Assembly: GCA_020344315.1 (NCBI GenBank)
Contig: CP070820.1
Location: 30,682-94,681, forward strand
Length of the DNA: 64,000 nucleotides
Reading direction: 5' to 3'
DNA from: Candidatus Bathyarchaeum sp.
GTDB taxonomy: Archaea > Thermoproteota > Bathyarchaeia > Bathyarchaeales > Bathyarchaeaceae
Shown: piece by piece, positions 56,608-64,000 of the stretch
How positions within the stretch are numbered: the first letter of the stretch is position 1
Layout of the letters: every line of letters begins with the position of its first letter
Program-made: the position numbers and the translations under genes
Notes under the pieces: generated by a model
Database searches by the model: none
Told to the model about the DNA's origin: nothing
The model's input: only the letters and a program-made list of their open reading frames with translations

Positions 56608-57660
56608 TCAGCTTCGTAGGTCAGCTAATAATTGGGGGGCACCATCAATATTGTGGTCATAAGGGTGTTTTTCAAACGGATTAAGTATATCTAGAAAGGC
56701 TTTGTATTTCCATGCGCTATCAATCTTCTTGTATAGCTTATATTTGATTCCATTGGACACTATGAGCTTCTTACAGTTAGGATATTTTTGTGAATAATGC
56801 CGAGCTTGTTTCGCCGCTTGTTGAAGTGGTTTGGTTTTCTTCTTAGCTTCCAAGATCATCATTGGTTCATCTGTATCGGCGTAGTCTTTTTCGAAAAATG
56901 CTAAGTCTATTTGCTCCCACTCAATCTTCAGTTGTTTTTCAGACCATCCAAGAGCTAAAAGAAGTGGAACGATGAGAAATGTAATTGTTTCATGTTCGCT
57001 AAGATCCACACCCGATTCATAAATCTGTTCTTCATACCATTTGCCAAGTTGACGAATTCTGGAGAATTCATGAACGAAAAGGATAGCTTGAGTTTCGCTA
57101 AACCCTTCAAGAATCAGTTTGTCTATCAAGTCCACATTTGTTGTGGATGTAGGTAGTTTTGGAATTCTTTTGGGCTTTACAAGAGGATTTCTCAATGTTT
57201 CCTCGGCAAAGGGCTTGATAATCGGTAGCAATTTATCCCTTGCTTGAATTATTGTTCCTCGCCACCAGTCTAATTCTTGGGGTTTATCCGCTTTATGCCA
57301 AGTTACATAGCGTCCATGCTGAAGACTGAAACCTTCTACATCACTAAAAACTTTGGTGTAAAAATACCCGTTTTCAAGTTCATTCTCGATCCAATTACGC
57401 CCCTCTTCAACAATTCCCGCTGCAATCACACGTTTGTACATCCCTGGCTTGAGAATCACGATGTCTCCAGGCTTGATTTCTTCTACAAATCTCCTCAGTC
57501 GATAGACTCGCATTTTACAGTAATCTTCTTTGTTTTCATAGTAATTTCCATAGTCCCCTGGACCGATAAGCATAATTCCATGCTTAAGAAATAATTCAGA
57601 ATAATCGCGCTCATTATCCCCAGCAGATATTATCCAGTAGTTTGGATCAGAGTTAATCAA
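56608..57660 (-). CDS. Orphan nuclease: unassigned N-terminal domain fused to an HsdR_N-type PD-(D/E)xK domain
   Basis: C-terminus LIVPLLLALGWSEKQLKIEWEQIDLAFFEKD...MMILEAKKKTKPLQQAAKQARHYSQ...LIVSNGIKYKLY follows the type I R-subunit N-terminal nuclease pattern (D...E-x-K...Q..Y...NG). N-terminus is YWIISAGDN...IKPGDIVILKPG...IAAGIV. Confidence 0.55.
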   Translation of the reverse strand: MINSDPNYWIISAGDNERDYSELFLKHGIMLIGPGDYGNYYENKEDYCKMRVYRLRRFVEEIKPGDIVILKPGMYKRVIAAGIVEEGRNWIENELENGYFYTKVFSDVEGFSLQHGRYVTWHKADKPQELDWWRGTIIQARDKLLPIIKPFAEETLRNPLVKPKRIPKLPTSTTNVDLIDKLILEGFSETQAILFVHEFSRIRQLGKWYEEQIYESGVDLSEHETITFLIVPLLLALGWSEKQLKIEWEQIDLAFFEKDYADTDEPMMILEAKKKTKPLQQAAKQARHYSQKYPNCKKLIVSNGIKYKLYKKIDSAWKYKAFLDILNPFEKHPYDHNIDGAPQLLADLRS

Positions 57661-58248
57661 GACATGGACCTTAGGCTACATTCTGTTATTTTAGATTAAA
57701 TTATTTGTCTTCTCATACGAGCCTGCAAAGACTTTTGATATAAAATTTTTCTAGACTGATAATCAGAATAACGGTCATATCTGCGGGCACTTCCTCAACG
57801 CTTAACCCGATCGCCCACTGTTTCCGTTCGCAGGCGGTGCGACTTGTTCATACTCTCAGCGATTTGGAAATTCTTGAGAAAAATTTCGCTCTTTCCATCA
57901 ACAGCAGAGACAAGTCGCCCACAGAAAATGGAGTAGACAAGGCAAACTAGAACGTGCCGATTTTATTAATCCAGTTTCAAAATAGCTTTTAACACGTGTC
58001 TAGTTCTCCCTTAATATCTCAAATTTACGCGCATGACGAGAGACTTACGTTACCCCCCCACTAACACCCATACACACCCGCCGTTAATTTTTTTTGGCGG
58101 AAGTTATTTTTTTATCCCTACAATGATTAAACATAGTTTACGCCAAACGACTTTGCGCGCGGAAGAAGAATTGCCGCTATCAGGTTAACTGTAGTCTGAC
58201 CCGTGCTGAAAACGAAGTGGTCATATTATTGCCGTTACTAACGCCTTT

Positions 58249-58380
58249 TTATTCATTCATCATCTTCCTTCTCACAGCGATAAGTTGTTGTCTCCGCTGT
58301 CGAAGACGCTTTTGTAGCAGGTATCCGGCTGTTGCAGGCGCTGCTTTTTTCACAGCAATTACTGATGCTGATTTTCCCAT
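58249..58380 (-). CDS. Possible 43-aa basic peptide, divergent from the regulator gene
   Basis: Hand translation gives MGKSASVIAVKKAAPATAGYLLQKRLRQRRQQLIAVRRKMMNE. AGAGG lies 8 nt upstream of the ATG. The ORF is very short and speculative. Confidence 0.25.
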   Translation of the reverse strand: MGKSASVIAVKKAAPATAGYLLQKRLRQRRQQLIAVRRKMMNE

Positions 58381-58433
58381 TTGACAGCCTCTAATGATTC
58401 ATTTTATTGTTAAAAGTTAATAAAAGCGTTTTT

Positions 58434-58494
58434 GTCAAGGTTTCTTGACCTATTGAGTGATACACAGAAAATCTTTTAGTCAAACTTTCTTGAC
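58434..58494 (+). promoter_or_regulatory. Operator pair: GTCAAGGTTTCTTGAC and GTCAAACTTTCTTGAC, 45 bp apart
   Basis: Copies at 58434-58449 and 58479-58494. The 35 nt ATAAAAGCGTTTTTGTCAAGGTTTCTTGACCTATT are identical to the distal site of the 54799 locus. Confidence 0.7.
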
Positions 58495-58549
58495 CAAAAA
58501 GAAAACTTTACTTACTATACTTCACTATAATGTAGCTGGTGGACAAATC

Positions 58550-59851
58550 GTGCCCAATTCAGAGGAAGAAACATATTCGATTATGTTCACTTCTTTGAAG
58601 CATCCAGCCCGCCGAAAAATCCTTAGAATGCTCTCAGGGAAGCCAAAGACCTTCTCCCAAATATTAGAGACGCTTGGAGTCTCCAGTTCTCACCTGACAT
58701 ATCATCTCGAAAACCTTGGAGAACTTGTATCAAAGATGGAGGATGGATCGTATCGGCTATCAACCTTTGGAGAGGCGGCTGTGTGTGCCATGAGGGGGGT
58801 TGAGGATGTTCCAGTTGCCACACCAAAACATCCCTTAGCACTACCCTTGCAGTGGAAATCCTTTTTTGCGGTGCTCATGATCGGGGTTGTCATTTTGGCA
58901 GGCTTATCTTATGTGCAACTCAGAAATTTGAACCATATAACTACGGAGTATGATAAAATCGTGACTGATTTTAACCGAATATCTGCGGAAAACGACAGAC
59001 TGAAAGATTTGGTTTTACCCACACACAAGGTGTTCTCTTTCCTGGAAAATGTAGTCCAACTTAACATGACAAAATATCATGCAAGACTAGAGGATAACAG
59101 CTTAAGATATCCTCCTGATTTCGGTGGCATCGCCGAGGAGACATTGAAATACACCCTCACATCTGATCAAAGTGAAATAAACGTGGATTTCAGGTTTAGA
59201 AACCAAACACTATCCCGATACGTTCTAGATGTGCTTGAATTTGCACCGCTTTATGCTCAACCACAACCAACTAACGTTCTTGACATGGCTTCTGACATTC
59301 TCCAGAGATACCAAGACTATTCTGGAGCTTCATACTTGGTAGTAATGAGGGATATGTTGAGTACAGTCAATGAAGTAGAAGCCCTAGAAAAAACAGTAGG
59401 CGACATGAAACTCCAAATATTAACTGAAGGAAATGATTTTGAAATCCAGTGGATACACACAACCAGTGGCATTGACTACCAATCGAAGGGAGTAATTCTC
59501 AGTTTTGATAATGGGGTTTTTGAGACGCTTGTTGATGGGTATTATCTCTTCAATGTAGGTAGCACTGAAATAAGTATCTCAGATGAAAAAGCCATAAACA
59601 TAGCAATGGATTATGCAAAGGATTTTTCATGGGAAGTAGAAGGAGAAAAAGTAACCCAGTTTACCATACTAGAAAAACCTGTAACCGTGAGCCTATTGCC
59701 ACACATCAGAGAAGAACCCTTAGCATTAATTCCTTACTATTACGTTACTCTTCAACTCGACAAAGTCTATCCAGGAGACATAAATTGCATTGAAGTTGGA
59801 TTATGGGCTGACACAGGAGAAGTTGCTCACTGTAACGAGGCTAGCAACTAA
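58550..59851 (+). CDS. Membrane-tethered ArsR-type wHTH regulator: wHTH - TM - extracellular domain ending in a PepSY-like module
   Basis: FTSLKHPARRKILRMLSGKPKTFSQILETLGVSSSHLTYHLENLGELV (wHTH); TM segment FFAVLMIGVVILAGLSYV; ISDEKAINIAMDYAKDF...YYYVTLQLD...VGLWADTGEV (PepSY-like). GTG at 58550 (or ATG at 58583) is chosen because the track start at 58457 runs through the operators. Confidence 0.7.
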   Translation: MPNSEEETYSIMFTSLKHPARRKILRMLSGKPKTFSQILETLGVSSSHLTYHLENLGELVSKMEDGSYRLSTFGEAAVCAMRGVEDVPVATPKHPLALPLQWKSFFAVLMIGVVILAGLSYVQLRNLNHITTEYDKIVTDFNRISAENDRLKDLVLPTHKVFSFLENVVQLNMTKYHARLEDNSLRYPPDFGGIAEETLKYTLTSDQSEINVDFRFRNQTLSRYVLDVLEFAPLYAQPQPTNVLDMASDILQRYQDYSGASYLVVMRDMLSTVNEVEALEKTVGDMKLQILTEGNDFEIQWIHTTSGIDYQSKGVILSFDNGVFETLVDGYYLFNVGSTEISISDEKAINIAMDYAKDFSWEVEGEKVTQFTILEKPVTVSLLPHIREEPLALIPYYYVTLQLDKVYPGDINCIEVGLWADTGEVAHCNEASN

Positions 59852-59954
59852 GCGAAACAACTGCCACAATCACCGTTAATCCAGAATTTCATCACCGATT
59901 GTTCTTCCATTATTCTTACTCGCTACTTTATTTGCCTCAGTCTTCAAAAAATAA
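59851..59954 (+). pseudogene. Out-of-frame PEF-CTERM sorting-signal relic directly after the regulator stop codon
   Basis: The +2 frame reads SETTATITVNPEF. After skipping 2 nt (59890-59891) it reads SPIVLPLFLLATLFASVFKK-stop. The DNA ccagaatttcatca matches ccagagtttccatca of the two intact PEF tails, minus one c. Confidence 0.55.
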
Positions 59955-60082
59955 AATTACTTTCACTGATCTCCCCCCTCTTCCTAGTCATACGTTGCTC
60001 CCCAGAGCTTAAAACAACTCATCGACGATTCCATAACAAAAATCGAACTGACACTCTAACCATTAAAAAAGGTGAGATTAAA

Positions 60083-61030
60083 ATGGAAAATAATGATCTA
60101 AAAAACCTTCCCGGCGTCGGACCCGCCACAGCCAACAAACTAGAATCAGCCGGACTCACAACAGCAGAAGCAATCGGTGTAACCCCACCAAAAGAGATAG
60201 CGGAAAAGACGGGGATAGGATTCAACACCGTCCTTAACATTGTATCCGCCGCCAGAGAAAAACTGGGCGTAGACTTCATAACAGCAGAGGACCTTTGGAA
60301 AAAGAGACAGGACATGCTCAGGTGCTCCACCGGCTCCAAGAACCTAAACGAGCTCTTGGGAGGCGGAATCGAAACCCAGGCCATGACCGAACTCATAGGC
60401 GAATATGGAGTAGGAAAAACCCAGATATCTCTGACGCTCTGCGTTATGGTTCAGCTTTCAGTAGAGAATGGAGGATTAAGCGGAAACGCTGTTTACGTCG
60501 ATACAGAAGGAACATTCATACCTGAACGAGTTTACCAAATAGCTGAGGCGCTAGGACTTGATCCCCACGAAACCTTGGGAAACATCTTTCTAGCCCGAGC
60601 ATACAACAGCAGCCATCAATCTTTGCTGACAGAACACCTCTTCAAGTTTTGTCCAGAAAACAACGTCAAACTAGTTGTTGTAGACTCTATGATTGGCCAC
60701 TTCAGAGGCGAATACGTTGGCAGAGAAAACCTTTCCGAGCGACAACAGAAACTTAACAGCCAACTCCACAAGCTGAACAGGCTAACAGAAGCATACAACT
60801 TGGCTGTCGTGGTTACAAATCAGGTACAAGCTAACCCTACAGCGTTTTTCGGAGACCCCAACAGACCCGCAGGCGGAAACGTCATGGCCCACGCTTGCAC
60901 TCATAGAGTCTATTTACGGAAAGGGGGAAAAGGAACTAGGATAGCTACAATTATAGACTCTCCCAACCTACCCGAAAGTAAGACGCGATTCAGAATCACG
61001 GAGAAAGGCGTCGAGGACGCTGAAGAATAA
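60083..61030 (+). CDS. radA: DNA repair and recombination protein RadA
   Basis: N-terminal HhH (LPGVGPATANKLESAGL), Walker A GEYGVGKTQ, Walker B LVVVDS. Confidence 0.95.
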   Translation: MENNDLKNLPGVGPATANKLESAGLTTAEAIGVTPPKEIAEKTGIGFNTVLNIVSAAREKLGVDFITAEDLWKKRQDMLRCSTGSKNLNELLGGGIETQAMTELIGEYGVGKTQISLTLCVMVQLSVENGGLSGNAVYVDTEGTFIPERVYQIAEALGLDPHETLGNIFLARAYNSSHQSLLTEHLFKFCPENNVKLVVVDSMIGHFRGEYVGRENLSERQQKLNSQLHKLNRLTEAYNLAVVVTNQVQANPTAFFGDPNRPAGGNVMAHACTHRVYLRKGGKGTRIATIIDSPNLPESKTRFRITEKGVEDAEE

Positions 61031-61091
61031 AAGCTACCAAAGGTTACACTTGAATCTAAAAAGATGCCTATGCGACAGCATGGGCGATCTT

Positions 61092-62312
61092 TCAGGTTAC
61101 TTTTTTGTAGTCAAAGTTGTCTCTTAGGATTGAGTCTTTGTATTTGGTGATGTCTGTTTCTTGGGTCATTAGTCTCTTTATTGATGTGAGACCTTTTCTG
61201 TCTCCCAGGAGTATGGCTCCCACGATTTTTCCTTGGTCCAAAACTAGTTTCTTGTAGACGCCGTTTTCTTCATCTAATTTTTTAACCTCTTCATACTTGT
61301 CTTCTTCGGGGTTGACTATCCCCATGGAAGTTAGGTCTATGCCAACAATATCCAATGTGTTGGATGGAATAGTTCCGGTATAGATCATTTGTTTCTCCCC
61401 CAGCATGTTCGTGGCTGCTATCCTCGCTTGTTCCAACGCAGCCGGAATTATGCCATAAACTCTTCCTTCAAATTCCGCCACATCACCCACAGCATACACG
61501 TCCTCAGCACTGCTTCGAAGATAACTGTCAACCACGATCCCTCGATTAACTTTGATTCCAGCCTCCAAAGCCAATTCTATGTTAGATCTCATCCCTGCTG
61601 AAATCAAAACAAGATCTCCAGAAATCATCTCTCCATTGTCAAGCAAGATGCCTGAAACCGCATCTCTGCCCAAAATCTCAACGGTTTTGACTCCTAAAAC
61701 AATGTCTATGCCGCGAGATGCAATTCGATTCTTCAAAATCGCTGCTCCATCCTGATCTAGTTGCCTCGGCAACAGCCTCGGAGATATCTCTACAACCTCT
61801 ACCTGCTGTCCCAGTTTCCTCAAGGAAGCAGCGAATTCCAAACCTAATAGCCCGCCGCCAATAACAATGGCCTTCTTTGTCTTTTTCGTGAATTCTCTGA
61901 TGGTCAGGGAGTCTCTGATGGATCGTAGAGTGAAAACTCCGGTCTTTTCCACACCTTTGATGGGGGGAATGAATGGGTGGCCTCCGTTTGCCAAGAGAAG
62001 TTTGTCATAGTCTACTCTTGACTGATTCTCCAGCGATAGTTCCTTCCTATTGACATCAATGCTTGATGCCTTCTTGTTCAGATGAACCTTTATTCCTCTC
62101 TTTTCATACCACTTCTCAGAAAACATGTAGATTTCTTGGGGTTTAGCTTCTCCAGACAGGACTTCGTATAGTCTGGGACGAGGATAGTAATGGTGACTTT
62201 CATCTGTGTAAATGGAAACTCTTGCTTCCGGATTTTTCTCTTTCATTATGCTTGCCGCTGTCACGCCAGCAACACCGTTCCCGACAACAACTACGTCAAC
62301 TGAAGGAGACAA
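61092..62312 (-). CDS. FAD/NAD(P)-dependent pyridine nucleotide-disulfide-family oxidoreductase
   Basis: VVVVGNGVAGVTAA (FAD), AIVIGGGLLGLEFA (NAD) and YAVGDVAEF motifs. Resembles the rubredoxin-reductase/NirB N-terminal type. Confidence 0.8.
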   Translation of the reverse strand: MSPSVDVVVVGNGVAGVTAASIMKEKNPEARVSIYTDESHHYYPRPRLYEVLSGEAKPQEIYMFSEKWYEKRGIKVHLNKKASSIDVNRKELSLENQSRVDYDKLLLANGGHPFIPPIKGVEKTGVFTLRSIRDSLTIREFTKKTKKAIVIGGGLLGLEFAASLRKLGQQVEVVEISPRLLPRQLDQDGAAILKNRIASRGIDIVLGVKTVEILGRDAVSGILLDNGEMISGDLVLISAGMRSNIELALEAGIKVNRGIVVDSYLRSSAEDVYAVGDVAEFEGRVYGIIPAALEQARIAATNMLGEKQMIYTGTIPSNTLDIVGIDLTSMGIVNPEEDKYEEVKKLDEENGVYKKLVLDQGKIVGAILLGDRKGLTSIKRLMTQETDITKYKDSILRDNFDYKKVT

Positions 62313-62343
62313 TTTGGTTTTTTCCTCATTTTGATTGAATTTG

Positions 62344-62751
62344 CTATTCGATTATTATAGTTGCTTCCTCTACCTTATCGTCCTTGATCTGATATGCAGC
62401 GAGGTTGCCTTCAGTTGAAGACAGGATTAGCCAGAGGGCGTCTCCCCACAGTTTCATGAATTTAAGGTCAATCGGTGAAGGGGCAGCTGGGGCTGGATGA
62501 GAATGAAACAGACCTATGAACTCTAAACCCTCTTCGTCCGCCTCATTGAAAGCAGCAACGACCCTCATTGGGTCAATTTCAAACCTTGCAGTGGATCGTA
62601 GCTTGTTTGGAGCAACCTCAACTTTTTTCACAAGCGCTTCATTCTTAGACAATTTTCCGAAGAGCATTGCGCAGGCCTCAACTGGGTGCACCTTCCTTGC
62701 TTCTTGCTTCAACAAGTCAACATGGTGGCGCTGCAGTTGCAAAATCAACAA
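62344..62751 (-). CDS. JAB1/MPN/Mov34 (JAMM) metalloprotease
   Basis: E...GLFHSHPAPAAPSPIDLKFM is the JAMM motif (HxHx7Sx2D), with an upstream catalytic Glu (HPVEACAM). Confidence 0.85.
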   Translation of the reverse strand: MLILQLQRHHVDLLKQEARKVHPVEACAMLFGKLSKNEALVKKVEVAPNKLRSTARFEIDPMRVVAAFNEADEEGLEFIGLFHSHPAPAAPSPIDLKFMKLWGDALWLILSSTEGNLAAYQIKDDKVEEATIIIE

Positions 62752-63032
62752 ATGACACTCCGGAGTTCGATGGAAGATTATGGTTGTACACTGCTTTTAG
62801 GTTTTCAGTTTTCGCCGCACTTACAATGATTCGTCGAAAGTGAGGAGATAATGTTGCCTTAAGTGGAGATTCAAAGGAGTGAGTTTATTGGGCTGTGGTA
62901 AAATGATGTGGTTTAAGCTTGGTAGAGCTATAACGAAAAAGTTGATTCATCTCTAAATTTCAAAATGCATTCACGCAGAAAGGTTTAATTTGAATAATTT
63001 AATAAAAAAAGGTTATAGCGTCAAGTTGAAGG

Positions 63033-63290
63033 TTGCGGGGCGCTGTGACAGAAAAGAAAAAGAAGAAAAAACAGGTAGATATTCAAATCTGTCCATATTG
63101 CACGAGTCCAAGAGTCCGCAGAGTCCGCTCAATGGAGGGAGACATGACGGGTCACAGGGGTATGCTGCCTGTGAAGTTTGAGTGCCCTGATTGTGGTTGG
63201 CTAGGACGCTTGGTGGTCAAAGCAACAAATAGGAAACTTGGTTTAAAAGAACTTGCAATAATAGCCGAAGCCTCAAACCTCAAAGAATAA
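63033..63290 (+). CDS. Small zinc-ribbon protein
   Basis: CPYC...CPDC pairs 30 aa apart, with a Lys-rich N-terminus. The start is uncertain (TTG or GTG). Confidence 0.45.
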   Translation: MRGAVTEKKKKKKQVDIQICPYCTSPRVRRVRSMEGDMTGHRGMLPVKFECPDCGWLGRLVVKATNRKLGLKELAIIAEASNLKE

Positions 63291-63384
63291 ATTTAATTAT
63301 TCTAGCAAGCAACGCTAGGAACGATTAATAAGTTCCACTCATACTTCAAAAACATAGAAGATTTTCGGCAACGGAGATTGAAGC

Positions 63385-64000
63385 ATGGAAGTACACTTCA
63401 AGGAAAAGCCCTCACTCAGGAACCCAACCTTAATTGCTGCATGGCCTGGCATGGGTATGCTAGCCAGGATGTCAGCTGACTACCTGATCCAACAGTTAGA
63501 CGCGAAACAGTTTGCTGAAATCCGCAGCCCAAGCAACGACATCTACTTCAGGGATGGCGTAGGAAAACTCACCCAAGACAGACACCACTTTCACTATTGG
63601 CATGGAGAACAAGGCGACCTGATAATTTGTAGCGGGGAGATTCAGCCCCAATCCCTAAACGACGTACACCAGCTGGCTAACCAAGTTTTGGATGTCGCTG
63701 AGGAGTTTGCCGTCAAAAGGATCTACACCATTGCAGCACTTCCCAATCCTCGCGACGTGAAACCAAGGGTCTTCGGGGTGGTGAACCAGCTTGAGCTCAA
63801 AGATTTCTTGAAGGAAAAGGAGGTTAAACTAGTCAGTGGGGATGGAAAGATCACTGGACTAAACGGTCTCCTAATCGGCATCGCCCAGCAGCGGGGAATT
63901 GAAGGCGTATGTCTCCTTTGTGAGATAAGATACCTAGATGTCCCACAACCCAGATCAGTTCAAACCGTTCTCGGCACCCTCACCAAGATTCTGAGTATCA
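63385..64000 (+). CDS. PAC2-family (proteasome assembly chaperone-like) protein, 3' end outside the window
   Basis: Hand translation gives MEVHFKEKPSLRNPTLIAAWPGMGMLARMSADYLIQQL...GLNGLLIGIAQQRGIEGVCLL, typical of archaeal PAC2 proteins. The ORF is open to the window edge and is not in the track. Confidence 0.7.
   Translation, partial: MEVHFKEKPSLRNPTLIAAWPGMGMLARMSADYLIQQLDAKQFAEIRSPSNDIYFRDGVGKLTQDRHHFHYWHGEQGDLIICSGEIQPQSLNDVHQLANQVLDVAEEFAVKRIYTIAALPNPRDVKPRVFGVVNQLELKDFLKEKEVKLVSGDGKITGLNGLLIGIAQQRGIEGVCLLCEIRYLDVPQPRSVQTVLGTLTKILSI

Noticed and set aside
58457-58549. N-terminal 31 codons of the 464-aa track ORF.
   Set aside because: They read straight through the second operator copy and the A/T box. 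This is an artefact of taking the first in-frame GTG.

Overview
This is an archaeal chromosomal segment. Markers include a thermosome, the Nop5-fibrillarin pair, an HMf-type histone, RadA, ribosomal protein S17e, Taw1, an Sm-like protein and an intron-containing tRNA-Leu. Mer, a CofE-like ligase and ADP-forming acetyl-CoA synthetase point to an uncultured anaerobic lineage, possibly Bathyarchaeia-like, but that lineage guess is inference only. About 70 protein genes are supported, most of them housekeeping: cysS, thiI, ahcY, pyk, pyrH, pyrD/pyrK, rio2, nfi and TatD. I found no CRISPR array, no rRNA and no clear transposase or integrase. Five things stand out. (1) A 16-bp palindrome, GTCAAGGTTTCTTGAC, occurs seven times in phased arrays at exactly three promoters. 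These belong to a PEF-CTERM beta-helix surface protein, a secreted Kelch-repeat protein (divergent from a radical SAM/SPASM gene), and a membrane-tethered wHTH-TM-PepSY regulator, which is the obvious candidate binder. (2) There are two intact PEF-CTERM (archaeosortase-type) sorting signals, plus a frameshifted PEF-CTERM relic just downstream of that regulator's stop codon. (3) A TPP riboswitch sits in front of thiT, and the ORF-track start lies inside it. (4) An unclassified G+C-rich structured-RNA candidate has its own TATA box and T-tract. (5) An orphan nuclease (unknown N-terminal domain plus HsdR_N-type PD-(D/E)xK) sits next to about 600 bp of ORF-free, decayed-looking DNA. Several plausible ORFs under 60 aa are missing from the track. 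All family assignments come from reading motifs by eye; no searches were run.
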